A DNA stretch of 64,000 bases from a virus. The position numbers and the translations under genes were made by a program. Every line of letters starts with the position of its first letter. Within the stretch, counting starts at the first letter, position 1. The stretch spans positions 32,001 through 96,000 of IMG/VR virus record IMGVR_UViG_3300032308_001297. The stretch is one strand, 5' to 3'. The notes beneath the pieces were generated by a model, which worked only from the letters and a program-made list of their open reading frames with translations, was not told the DNA's origin and ran no database searches. This document shows, piece after piece, positions 8,039 through 17,269 of the stretch.

Positions 8039-8574
8039 AGGCAGTATTCATTGATCGTGATGGTACGATCAACAAACTTATCCATGGCAGAGAACAAGAA
8101 AAACATGTGTGCCCTTGGTTGTATTCAGAGTTCGAATATATTGCTGGAGCTCATGAAGCTGTTGCTAAATTTAAAAGTTTAGGTTATACTACACATCTAG
8201 TAACAAATCAACCTGACGTTGATGATGGTTATACAACCGAAGAAACTATGAACGCTATCCATGACACTATCAAGAAAGATTTAAAACTTGATACTATCAA
8301 CGTAGCAAGAACACGTAACACACCCGAATACAAACCAAACTCAGGTATGATAGATAGTATAGTTGAAAAATGGGTTGTGACCAGAGAACGTAGTTGGATG
8401 ATTGGTGATACATGGCGTGATGTTGTTGCTGGTCATCGTGCTGGTTTAATCACTATATATATTGGTATTACATATAGAGCACCAAAAGAATATCCTAATA
8501 TTTTTCCTGATTATTGTGCAGTAGATCTACTTGAGGCGAGTAAGATCATAGAACAAAACGAGGCTGGAAGATGA
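8032..8574 (+). CDS. gmhB: D,D-heptose bisphosphate phosphatase (HAD IIIA)
   Basis: FIDRDGTIN, VTNQPD, KPNSGM, MIGDTWRD. Confidence 0.85.
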   Translation: MVKAVFIDRDGTINKLIHGREQEKHVCPWLYSEFEYIAGAHEAVAKFKSLGYTTHLVTNQPDVDDGYTTEETMNAIHDTIKKDLKLDTINVARTRNTPEYKPNSGMIDSIVEKWVVTRERSWMIGDTWRDVVAGHRAGLITIYIGITYRAPKEYPNIFPDYCAVDLLEASKIIEQNEAGR

Positions 8575-9311
8575 ACATTGAGATTTATGCTGATGGAGCA
8601 GATTATAAAGGTATTATTGAATCTGCAAAAAATGAAAAAATTACTGGTTTTACTACTAATCCAACACTAATGAAGCAAGCTGGTATTAGCGACTATGAAG
8701 GGTTTGCTAGGAGAATCATTACTGATCTAAAAACAATGCGTCCAGGCACAAATATTTCTCTAGAAGTATTTGCTGATGATGTAGAAGGAATGTATGCTCA
8801 GGCAAAGAAGATCGCTGCTTGGGGCAAAAAAGCAGAATATGATGTTTACGTTAAGATTCCAATTACTAACACTCATGGCGAGTCAAACGCTGGTCTAGTT
8901 AGACTTCTAAACGAAGAAGGTGTTAAGGTAAATGTTACTGCTGTGTTTACTCCAGAGCAGACAAAGGGCATTCTAGAAAACATTAATACGAATACACCAA
9001 TTATTATTTCTATTTTTGCTGGTCGTATTGCTGACACTCTAAGAGATCCGGTTCGTTCTACAATAGATTGCGTCAATCAGACATGGAATTTTGAACCAAA
9101 GAATATGGAAAACGTAAAGTTCCTTTGGGCTTCATGTCGTGAACAGTATCATTTGATCATGGCTGAACAAGCTGGTTGTCACATTATTACAATGCTTCAC
9201 GATCAAATCAAGAAGCTACATCTAACTGACAAAAACCTTGAAGAGTTTTCTAGAGAAACTGTTCAGATGTTTTATAACGATGCTACTGCATCAGGATTTA
9301 GGATTGACTAA
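8571..9311 (+). CDS. tal: Transaldolase (short type)
   Basis: GFTTNPTLM, VYVKIP, VNVTAVF, ISIFAGRIAD, LWASCR. Confidence 0.9.
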   Translation: MNIEIYADGADYKGIIESAKNEKITGFTTNPTLMKQAGISDYEGFARRIITDLKTMRPGTNISLEVFADDVEGMYAQAKKIAAWGKKAEYDVYVKIPITNTHGESNAGLVRLLNEEGVKVNVTAVFTPEQTKGILENINTNTPIIISIFAGRIADTLRDPVRSTIDCVNQTWNFEPKNMENVKFLWASCREQYHLIMAEQAGCHIITMLHDQIKKLHLTDKNLEEFSRETVQMFYNDATASGFRID

Positions 9312-10315
9312 TGAAGGGTTTTGAAGAGAACGAAATTTCCGAGAAGGCTAACGGCGGAACTGAGATCGCCAAGCGCAAACTAGCAGAGATTCTTCCTGAT
9401 GAATTGCTAGAAAATTTTCAAATTATTTGTTCACGCCCACGTGATTTAGATGGAAGTAAGATTCGTTTGTTCTGGTGTCATGATCTACCAGAAGATCCAG
9501 AGTCTGCTAAGTTTCGTGATGTAAAATGGCGTAACAAGTTTCATAAGTTTATCTTTATTTCTAACTGGCAGTATCAACGCTATCAGTTAGTTCATGGTCT
9601 ACCTTATGACCAAAAATCAATTATTCTAGAATCAGGTATTATTCCTGCTCCGGAAAGTTGTTTTGATAAGCCAGACGATAAGATTCGTTTAGTTTATACA
9701 TCAACCCCGCAGCGTGGTCTTGATATTCTTGTTCATGTATTTAAGGAACTAGCAAAAGACAATCCAGATATTCATCTTGATGTGTTTTCTTCTTTTAAGA
9801 TCTATGGTTGGGACGACGCTGATAAACAGTTTGAACATTTGTATGATGAAATTCGTAATCATCCACAAATGACCTATCATGGATTCGTTCCGAATGATCA
9901 ACTCAAAGAACATCTTAACAAGTCTCATATCTTTGCTTACCCCTCTGTTTGGACAGAAACATCCTGCAGGGCCATGCTCGAAGCTATGTCCGCTGGTTTG
10001 GTATGTGTTCATCCTAATCTTGGCGCTCTGCCGGAATCTTCCGGTGGTTTGAACGTTATGTTCCATGGTGATCTTAACGATATCAATAATCATGCAGCTG
10101 CATTTGCTGGTAATCTAAACGCTGCTATTGATTTCGTAAGAACAAAGAACCATGATAAGATGATCCGCTTCAATAAGATATTTGTTGACAGCAGATATAA
10201 TATCGATTATGTTAAGAATCGTTGGCAAGCAACTCTAGAAAAGTTACTTACAATATATCCTGACGATGAATCTCGTTGGTTTCCAAAGGAAATGTTTACA
10301 TATAAGGTAGAATAA
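9311..10315 (+). CDS. GT-B (GT4-like) glycosyltransferase
   Basis: GGTE, YTSTPQRGL, YPSVWTETSCRAMLEAMSAG (E-x7-E). Confidence 0.85.
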   Translation: MKGFEENEISEKANGGTEIAKRKLAEILPDELLENFQIICSRPRDLDGSKIRLFWCHDLPEDPESAKFRDVKWRNKFHKFIFISNWQYQRYQLVHGLPYDQKSIILESGIIPAPESCFDKPDDKIRLVYTSTPQRGLDILVHVFKELAKDNPDIHLDVFSSFKIYGWDDADKQFEHLYDEIRNHPQMTYHGFVPNDQLKEHLNKSHIFAYPSVWTETSCRAMLEAMSAGLVCVHPNLGALPESSGGLNVMFHGDLNDINNHAAAFAGNLNAAIDFVRTKNHDKMIRFNKIFVDSRYNIDYVKNRWQATLEKLLTIYPDDESRWFPKEMFTYKVE

Positions 10316-10317
10316 TT

Positions 10318-11310
10318 ATGATTCTTACAAGAACTCCACTGCGTGTTTCATTCTTTAGTGGGGGAAGTGACATGCCATCCTTCTACGAACAGGAGGATGG
10401 CGCTGCTCTTTCTGTAACTATTGATAAATTCATTTATGTAATTGCACACAAAGTTCCACATATGGGTGTGCGTTGTATGTATGATGACGTCGAAGAACAG
10501 CACGACATTGAACAAATGCAGCATGCTATTACTCGTGAAACCTTAAAGTATTATGGTTATACAAAGGAGATCACAGTTGCATCTATTTCAGATATTATTA
10601 CTAAGGGTTCTGGGCTCGGTTCTTCTTCTGCTTTTACTGTGGGTTTGGTAAAAGCAGTATCTTGTTCCAAGTATGATAACAGTACACGTAGATATGTTGC
10701 TGATATTGCATGCGAAATAGAAATGAACAAGTGCGGATATCCTGTTGGTAAGCAAGATCAATACGCTGCAGCATGGGGAGGAATGAATTTATTTAAATTT
10801 AAGAAAAATGGGGAAGTAACAGTAGACGAATTACGTTTAACTAATCCTCACGTCCAAGCTCTTGAGAAAAATCTAATGCTTGTTTATTCTGGGCGTTCTA
10901 GAAATGCTAATAATATTCTCCAGAAACAACAGAAAGCCATGTTAGACATAGACAAATTTAACAAAGTTAAACGTTCTAAAGATAAGGCGTTCGAAGCAGT
11001 AGATCTTCTACACAAAGGTAAGATCGACGATTTCGGTAAACTATTACACGAATCTTGGCTCGACAAGAAAGGTGTCTGTGAAGAAATTACGCAAGACTAT
11101 TTCGACGAAATCTATGAAACAGCTATAAAGGCTGGAGCTCTTGGTGGTAAACTACTAGGTGCTGGTGGTGGTGGTTTCTTTATCTTCTACGTGCCGGAAA
11201 AGTATAGAACTTCTGTAGAGGGTGCAATCTCTACAAACCATACTGATTGTAGGATCTATGATTTTCAGTTTTATGGATCTGGATCTCACATTGTTTATCA
11301 TACTGGATAA
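10318..11310 (+). CDS. GHMP kinase, D-glycero-D-manno-heptose-7-phosphate kinase (HddA-like)
   Basis: TPLRVSFFSGGSD, GSGLGSSS, GKQDQYAAA, GGKLLGAGGGGF. Confidence 0.85.
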   Translation: MILTRTPLRVSFFSGGSDMPSFYEQEDGAALSVTIDKFIYVIAHKVPHMGVRCMYDDVEEQHDIEQMQHAITRETLKYYGYTKEITVASISDIITKGSGLGSSSAFTVGLVKAVSCSKYDNSTRRYVADIACEIEMNKCGYPVGKQDQYAAAWGGMNLFKFKKNGEVTVDELRLTNPHVQALEKNLMLVYSGRSRNANNILQKQQKAMLDIDKFNKVKRSKDKAFEAVDLLHKGKIDDFGKLLHESWLDKKGVCEEITQDYFDEIYETAIKAGALGGKLLGAGGGGFFIFYVPEKYRTSVEGAISTNHTDCRIYDFQFYGSGSHIVYHTG

Positions 11311-11316
11311 ATAATA

Positions 11317-11345
11317 TTGACTTTTTGATAACAATAAGGTATTAT
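11317..11345 (+). promoter_or_regulatory. sigma70-type promoter
   Basis: TTGACT-17 bp-TATTAT(AAT). Confidence 0.55.
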
Positions 11346-11741
11346 AATTTGTCAGTAAGTAATAACGTTATCTCTTTTCCTAGACCTAACTCTAGAATAA
11401 ACTTAGCAGCACAAACTGTAGAGAATATTCAGAACAATCTAGATATGATGAAACATTATCATATTCAAGAGACTATCTTAGCAATGGCTCCTATACTTTT
11501 CAACCAGTTAGATCTTGCTGGTTTTGGTATGATGGATGATGAAGATGAAGATGTCAGAGATGGCGCATTTATTGTAGAAGCATTACGAGCTATAATGTGT
11601 AAGCACTATGGTATCTATCATCCTTTTAATACTCTTATCGAAAACATTTTTGAAGAAGAGCTTACAGAGAATGGTGCTTACAAAGTAGTAGATAGAATAG
11701 AATTAGATCTAACAGAACCGGAAGAAACCGAAAACGAATAG
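11325..11741 (+). CDS. Hypothetical protein (start uncertain)
   Basis: ORF with SNNVISFP N-terminal motif and acidic tail. Confidence 0.6.
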   Translation: MITIRYYNLSVSNNVISFPRPNSRINLAAQTVENIQNNLDMMKHYHIQETILAMAPILFNQLDLAGFGMMDDEDEDVRDGAFIVEALRAIMCKHYGIYHPFNTLIENIFEEELTENGAYKVVDRIELDLTEPEETENE

Positions 11742-11748
11742 GTGATTT

Positions 11749-12606
11749 GTGATTATTGTTGACTTGAATCAAGTTATGTTATCTAATCTTCTTATGCAAC
11801 TTGGTAATCATACCAACGCCCAGGTAGAAGAAAATATGGTTCGCCATATGATTTTAAACTCCCTCCGATCTTATAAAGTAAAGTTTGGTGAAGACTATGG
11901 CGAGATGATTATCGCTTGTGATAATACAAATTACTGGCGTAAACAGCGTTTTCCTTATTATAAGGCTAATCGCAAAAAGAATATTGAGTCCTCAGAACTT
12001 AACTGGAAAAATATCTTCGAGTGCATGAATAAGATTCGTGCAGAACTAAAAGAATACTTCCCTTATAGGGTTATAGATGTCGAGTCTGCAGAGGCTGATG
12101 ATGTAATCGCCACACTAGTTTCTAAATTCGGCTCTGAACTAAATACTGGCGAAAAGATTCTTATTCTTTCTGGCGACAAGGATTTCATACAGCTGCATAC
12201 ATATGCTAATGTTGAGCAATATGATCCGACCCGTAAGAAATGGATAAAACATGACGATCCAGAGAGATTCTTACACGAACATATCCTTAAAGGAGATGCT
12301 GGGGATGGAGTTCCTAATGTTCTTTCTCCTGATAATGTTTTTGTTGTAGGCGATAGACAAAGACCTTTGACAGCTAAGAAACTAGAAAAGATTATGGGCA
12401 CAGAGTTAGAAGAAATGGATACAACTCTTGCTCGAAATTATTCTCGTAATGCATACTTGATTGATTTGAGTTTCACCCCGAATGTTATTCGAGAGAAAGT
12501 TATGGAACAATATATCGCTCAAGAAAATCGTGATCGCAGTAAACTACTAAATTACTTTATCGCAAATAAACTCAAGAATCTAACCGAACATTTGAGTGAG
12601 TTCTAA
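11749..12606 (+). CDS. rnh: T4 RNase H (5'-3' exonuclease/flap nuclease)
   Basis: IIVDLNQ, YWRK..FPYYKANRK, EADDVIA, SGDKDFIQL, GDAGDGVPN. Confidence 0.92.
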   Translation: MIIVDLNQVMLSNLLMQLGNHTNAQVEENMVRHMILNSLRSYKVKFGEDYGEMIIACDNTNYWRKQRFPYYKANRKKNIESSELNWKNIFECMNKIRAELKEYFPYRVIDVESAEADDVIATLVSKFGSELNTGEKILILSGDKDFIQLHTYANVEQYDPTRKKWIKHDDPERFLHEHILKGDAGDGVPNVLSPDNVFVVGDRQRPLTAKKLEKIMGTELEEMDTTLARNYSRNAYLIDLSFTPNVIREKVMEQYIAQENRDRSKLLNYFIANKLKNLTEHLSEF

Positions 12607-12616
12607 GGAGAAATTA

Positions 12617-13036
12617 ATGGCTGTCCTCGGCATGTATGAATTTTTACATCGTGTATCCAAACTTAAAAAGACACAAGAAAAAGTTGACAATTTAAAAGCT
12701 AATGACACATTCGCACTAAGAGCGATTCTTCAGGCAGCTTTTGACCCATCAATTAAGTTCCTTCTTCCAGAAGGCGAGCCTCCATATAAACCAACAGAAG
12801 TAGTTGATCAACAGCATGTTCTTCATAGAGAAGCTGAGAAACTACGATACTTTGTAGAAGGTTTCTATCCGGATCTTAATCAGAATAAGCGAGAGATGAT
12901 GTTCATTGAACTACTTGAACGTGTAGATCCTCTCGATGCAAAACTTCTAGTCGCAATTAAAGACAAGAAGATGCCATTTCCAGGCATTACAGTTGGACAT
13001 GTTAAAGAAGCACTACCAGGATTGATTGTAGAATGA
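12617..13036 (+). CDS. Conserved T4-like hypothetical protein
   Basis: LPEGEPPYK, KREMMFIELLE; AGGAG SD before ATG 12617; typical position after rnh. Confidence 0.7.
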   Translation: MAVLGMYEFLHRVSKLKKTQEKVDNLKANDTFALRAILQAAFDPSIKFLLPEGEPPYKPTEVVDQQHVLHREAEKLRYFVEGFYPDLNQNKREMMFIELLERVDPLDAKLLVAIKDKKMPFPGITVGHVKEALPGLIVE

Positions 13037-13233
13037 GCAAATCAGCTATTAAGAAATTTAAAAAGAACGATTATTCGGATCGCGACGAGTTTCATGATGA
13101 TCCTCGTGAACGTGAACAGAAGCGTAACGCAAAGCGTGTAGAACGTGCGTTACGTACAAAAGACATTTCAGCTTTCGTTGAAGATGAAGATCAATATAAT
13201 GACGATCTTATCGATAATAATTGGAAATACTGA
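13033..13233 (+). CDS. Hypothetical protein
   Basis: 66-aa ORF coupled to both neighbours. Confidence 0.6.
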   Translation: MSKSAIKKFKKNDYSDRDEFHDDPREREQKRNAKRVERALRTKDISAFVEDEDQYNDDLIDNNWKY

Positions 13234-13475
13234 TGCCAACGTATCGATTTTTAAATAATGAAACTGGCGAAGAGTATGAAAACTTCATGTCGATATCGGA
13301 ACTTGATGCATACTTGCAAGAAAATCCGAAAATCACTCAACTCGTAAACGGCGCTCCTATGATCCATTCTGGCAGAGGTATGGGTAAACCTGATCAGGGT
13401 TTCCGTGATCTGTTAAAACATATGAAGAAGGGAAACAATAAAGGTATAACAAGGAGCACCATAAACACATTCTAG
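13233..13475 (+). CDS. FmdB-like small protein (lacks Cys)
   Basis: MPTYRF..TGE N-terminus, KPDQGFRDLL; usual neighbour of phage phoH. Confidence 0.65.
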   Translation: MPTYRFLNNETGEEYENFMSISELDAYLQENPKITQLVNGAPMIHSGRGMGKPDQGFRDLLKHMKKGNNKGITRSTINTF

Positions 13476-13485
13476 TAGGGGTATA

Positions 13486-14244
13486 ATGCAAGAAGAATCA
13501 ACAAAAAGATTAACCCGTAGAGAAAAAAGATTACTTCGACAACAAGGAAAAGAACCAAAGGAAAATTATCAAGAGAAAATAAATTTTCATCTTAAACATT
13601 TTCATCCTCTAACAGACAATCAAAGATTGGCATTCAATTCTTTTGAGGATGATAAAAATTTGATGCTTCATGGTATTGCCGGAACAGGTAAATCCTTTAT
13701 GGCGTTATACCTTTCTTTGAAGCAAATCCTTAGTGATCCTGAATGTGTTTATAAGAAAGTTGTTATCGTAAGATCAGTGGTCCCAACGAGAGACATGGGA
13801 TTTCTTCCTGGCAGCGATAAAGAAAAAACTAAAGTATATGAAGCGCCTTACTATGCGATCTGCACTGAATTGTTTGGTAGAGGCGATTCGTACGAGTATA
13901 TGAAAAAGAGAAACGTAATTGAATTTATTTCTACTTCTTTTATTAGAGGCATTACACTTAACGATTGTATCGTTATCGTGGATGAAATGCAAAACGCTAC
14001 TCTTCATGAGCTTGACTCTGTTATTACTCGTATTGGCCACAACTGCAAAGTAGTATTCTGTGGCGACTTTAGACAGTCAGATTTTACAAGAGATCACGAA
14101 CGTAGTGGATTAACAGATTTCATGCGTGTTGTTAAAAACATGAAATCGTTTGATCTTATTGAGTTCGAAGCAAAAGATATTGTAAGATCTTCTCTGGTTA
14201 AAGAATATATTATTCTCAAAGATAAAATGAGAATCATAACATAG
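13486..14244 (+). CDS. phoH: PhoH-like ATPase
   Basis: GIAGTGKS, GFLPG, FIRGITL, VDEMQN, TRIG, CGDFRQSD, DIVRS. Confidence 0.92.
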   Translation: MQEESTKRLTRREKRLLRQQGKEPKENYQEKINFHLKHFHPLTDNQRLAFNSFEDDKNLMLHGIAGTGKSFMALYLSLKQILSDPECVYKKVVIVRSVVPTRDMGFLPGSDKEKTKVYEAPYYAICTELFGRGDSYEYMKKRNVIEFISTSFIRGITLNDCIVIVDEMQNATLHELDSVITRIGHNCKVVFCGDFRQSDFTRDHERSGLTDFMRVVKNMKSFDLIEFEAKDIVRSSLVKEYIILKDKMRIIT

Positions 14245-14252
14245 GAGGAATT

Positions 14253-14996
14253 GTGTCAAAAGATAAAAAGAAAAGATATCGTTCAATCTTTATATCTGAT
14301 GTGCACCTTGGAACCCGTCACTCTAACGCAGAAAAGCTATTAGAATTTCTTAAATCCACTGAAGCTGATAGGTATTATCTTATCGGTGATATTATAGATG
14401 GTTGGATGATGAGAAAGAAAGTTTATTGGCCACAAGAGCACAACAATGTGGTTCAATTCTTTTTGAAACAATCTAAAAAAGATATTAAAGTTATTTACAT
14501 AACAGGAAACCATGATGAATTCCTCAGAGAATACTCAGGAACTGTCATGGGTAACATTCAGATAGTAGATAATATTATACACACTGGTGTTGATGGTAAA
14601 AGATATCTTGTTATTCATGGAGATCAGTTTGATCTTGTAACAATGAATGCTAAATGGCTTGCTATGATTGGTGGTTGGTTATATGATAGAATGATTGATT
14701 TTAATAGACATCTACAATCTATATACAATATACTGGGAATTAATGGATTTTCTCTTTCTGCTTGGGCAAAATCTAGCGTAAAAGAAGCAGTAAACTTTAT
14801 CGGCGATTACGAAAAAGTAGTTGCTGATGCTGCCAAAAGGAGATGCGTCGATGGGGTGGTTTGCGGCCATATTCATCATGCTAATATATGTTCTTTTGAT
14901 AATATTGAATACATGAACTGTGGCGATTGGGTAGAATCATGCACTGCAATCGTAGAATACGACAATGGAAAGTTTGAGATTATAAGGAAACTATAA
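14253..14996 (+). CDS. plcP: PlcP-like (LpxH2-type) metallophosphoesterase/phospholipase C
   Basis: ISDVHLG, GDIIDGW, WPQEHN, GNHDEFLR, HGDQFD, CGHIH, NCGDWVESCTA. Confidence 0.8.
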   Translation: MSKDKKKRYRSIFISDVHLGTRHSNAEKLLEFLKSTEADRYYLIGDIIDGWMMRKKVYWPQEHNNVVQFFLKQSKKDIKVIYITGNHDEFLREYSGTVMGNIQIVDNIIHTGVDGKRYLVIHGDQFDLVTMNAKWLAMIGGWLYDRMIDFNRHLQSIYNILGINGFSLSAWAKSSVKEAVNFIGDYEKVVADAAKRRCVDGVVCGHIHHANICSFDNIEYMNCGDWVESCTAIVEYDNGKFEIIRKL

Positions 14997-15985
14997 TGAA
15001 TATTACTATTTTTACTGATGCGTGGGATCCGCAAATCAATGGTGTTGTTACAACATTAAAAACAACTGTCAAACATCTTGAGTCCCGTGGACATGAAGTT
15101 AAAGTAATTCATCCTGGTCTTTATAAATTGACTATTCCATTACAACCATCAACTGGCATTTTCATGCCAGTTTTGCCTATGGGTATTGCTGACGAAGAAG
15201 TAAAGAATGCTGACAAGATTCACATCGCAACAGAAGGAGCAATAGGTCTTGCCGCTAGATATAGCTGTAAAAAGTACAAGAAGTCTTTTACAACTTCCTT
15301 TCACACAAAATATCCGGAATACGTTAAGATACATACTGGTATTTCACCAAGAGTTAGCGGTGAGTATTTTCGTTGGTTCCATAGAGACAGCAGTGCTGTT
15401 ATGGTTACAACCCCCAGTATGGTTGATTACTGTAAGGAGTTGGATATCAAACATCTGAAAATTTGGTCTCGTGGAGTGGATACAAATCTATTCCATCCAA
15501 TGTATCCGAAACCAAAGGGTGAATTTATTTCTGCTGTTTATTGTGGTAGAATATCTGCAGAAAAGAATCTCGAAGCATTTCTTTCTATTGATAATCCAAC
15601 GATCACCAAAACTCTTATTGGCGATGGACCGCAATTAGAAGAATACAAAGCAAAATATCCAGATGCTATATTCCTTGGTAAAATGGATGCTAAAAGAATT
15701 GCTGCAGAGTTACCTAAACATGATGTGTTTGCTTGGCCTTCGCTAACAGATACATTTGGACTTGTTGTGTTGGAAGGAATGGCTTGTGGACTACCTGTTG
15801 CTGCATTCGATAACGAAGTTAATCGTTACATTATTGAAGACTCTGTTTCTGGTTTCTTAGTAAAAGAACATTTAGAATTAGCTATTGAAGATGCTATACA
15901 TTTAAAACCAGAAGATGCAGTAGCAAGAGCAGCTAAGTTCTCTTGGGAAGCAGCAACCGATCAATTCTTGGAGAATATAGCATGA
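14996..15985 (+). CDS. GT4 glycosyltransferase, Agt-like glycosyl-diacylglycerol synthase
   Basis: TDAWDPQINGVVTTL, HIATEGAIG, FHTKYPEY, WSRGVD, GRISAEKN, TDTFGLVVLEGMACG; coupled to the plcP-like gene. Confidence 0.75.
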   Translation: MNITIFTDAWDPQINGVVTTLKTTVKHLESRGHEVKVIHPGLYKLTIPLQPSTGIFMPVLPMGIADEEVKNADKIHIATEGAIGLAARYSCKKYKKSFTTSFHTKYPEYVKIHTGISPRVSGEYFRWFHRDSSAVMVTTPSMVDYCKELDIKHLKIWSRGVDTNLFHPMYPKPKGEFISAVYCGRISAEKNLEAFLSIDNPTITKTLIGDGPQLEEYKAKYPDAIFLGKMDAKRIAAELPKHDVFAWPSLTDTFGLVVLEGMACGLPVAAFDNEVNRYIIEDSVSGFLVKEHLELAIEDAIHLKPEDAVARAAKFSWEAATDQFLENIA

Positions 15986-16635
15986 CAGGAAGAACATTCT
16001 TCGTTCTTGACTATTGGCCAAAACCAGAGTATGGTAAGATTTATAACTTTCATTATGTAACAGTAGATGGATCAATGCCAGATCTACAAGTAAAGTTTGT
16101 TCTTTCTGATGATAGAAAAGATATTCTTTATGTCGACTACGACGCCGAAGGTAAGTGGGTTGATACTTGGTATATGAGATACATTCCAGGTCAAGGATTA
16201 ATGGAATGGAGAGACGACTATCCTACAGGCGGATGGTTTACTAAACGTAAAAAGATTGTTATGAATCCTGGCATTGGCTGGGGAGAGACCGGAACAATTG
16301 GTAGCTTCTATCAGAACTTTCCTAAGATGGATCCATTATCTTCTAATCCTCCGCAGTTTATGTCTGGAACTCAAACTGTTATTTGGGAGTCATGGTTACC
16401 AGAAATGATCCTCAGCAACGGGGATAAGTATACTGATATTGTAACAATGGTCTACCAGCAGTCTTGGGGAAAGAAAACTTCTGGCGCTCGTTATTATATG
16501 GCGAAAGGAATTGGTCCTATCGCAGTTCAGTGGATTGCTCCTCATCCATTCAAACCAGGACAGTTTGTCACTACGGCTAGAATGGATGCGAAATATACGG
16601 TGACTTATGGCACGCAGAAAGATATTCAAACATAA
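15982..16635 (+). CDS. Hypothetical aromatic-rich protein
   Basis: GGAG SD, ATG 15982; Trp/Tyr-rich beta pattern, YYMAKGIGP motif. Confidence 0.65.
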   Translation: MTGRTFFVLDYWPKPEYGKIYNFHYVTVDGSMPDLQVKFVLSDDRKDILYVDYDAEGKWVDTWYMRYIPGQGLMEWRDDYPTGGWFTKRKKIVMNPGIGWGETGTIGSFYQNFPKMDPLSSNPPQFMSGTQTVIWESWLPEMILSNGDKYTDIVTMVYQQSWGKKTSGARYYMAKGIGPIAVQWIAPHPFKPGQFVTTARMDAKYTVTYGTQKDIQT

Positions 16636-17269
16636 TCTAGTTCCAGAAGTAGAGATTACTACTGAAACAATTGACGGTAAAAGACACTATGTGTTACCGA
16701 GTGGAGAAAAATTTCGCTCGGTAACAACTGTATTGTCAGACGCTTTAGATAAAACAGCACTACTAGAGTGGAGAAAGAAAGTTGGTGAGGAAGAAGCTCA
16801 AAAGATTTCTACACAAGCTGCTCGTCGTGGAACCGCCGTACATTCCATCGCAGAGCGTTATGTGCTCAATGAAGAGGAATATCTTCGGGATTCTATGCCT
16901 TCTGGAATTGATTCTTTTAAAAGCATTCAAACGCTTTTAGATAAACATGTAGATAACATTCTTGGTATTGAGTTACCTTTGTATTCTACTGTTTTAAAAA
17001 CAGCAGGAAGATGCGATCTTATTGCAGAGTTTGATGGCGTTCCTTCTATAATTGATTTTAAAACAAGTCGCAGATTAAAAGAGGAAAGCTGGATTGAGTC
17101 CTACTTCCTACAAACAACTGTCTATTCTATGATGTTTGAGTATATGTATAAAATAGAAATTCCCCAGATCGCAATACTAATAGCAGTGGATCATGAAGAG
17201 CCACAACTATTTGTAAAGGATCGTGGAGAATATGTTAATAGAGTTATAGAGATCTTTACTGCCAGCTAA
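16607..17269 (+). CDS. PD-(D/E)xK exonuclease
   Basis: SVTTVL, RGTAVH, AGRCDLI, IIDFKTS, YFLQ. Confidence 0.85.
   Translation: MARRKIFKHNLVPEVEITTETIDGKRHYVLPSGEKFRSVTTVLSDALDKTALLEWRKKVGEEEAQKISTQAARRGTAVHSIAERYVLNEEEYLRDSMPSGIDSFKSIQTLLDKHVDNILGIELPLYSTVLKTAGRCDLIAEFDGVPSIIDFKTSRRLKEESWIESYFLQTTVYSMMFEYMYKIEIPQIAILIAVDHEEPQLFVKDRGEYVNRVIEIFTAS

Noticed and set aside
13400-14260. Pho box upstream of phoH/plcP
   Set aside because: No tandem CTGTCAT-like 11-bp repeats found by eye; a PWM scan would be needed
14253-14996. Lipid A biosynthesis enzyme LpxH
   Set aside because: Has GNHD rather than GNRD and is coupled to an Agt-like GT after phoH; PlcP fits better
16607-17269. Cas4/CRISPR-associated nuclease
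   Set aside because: No Fe-S cysteines, array or other cas genes; ordinary T4-like PD-(D/E)xK exonuclease
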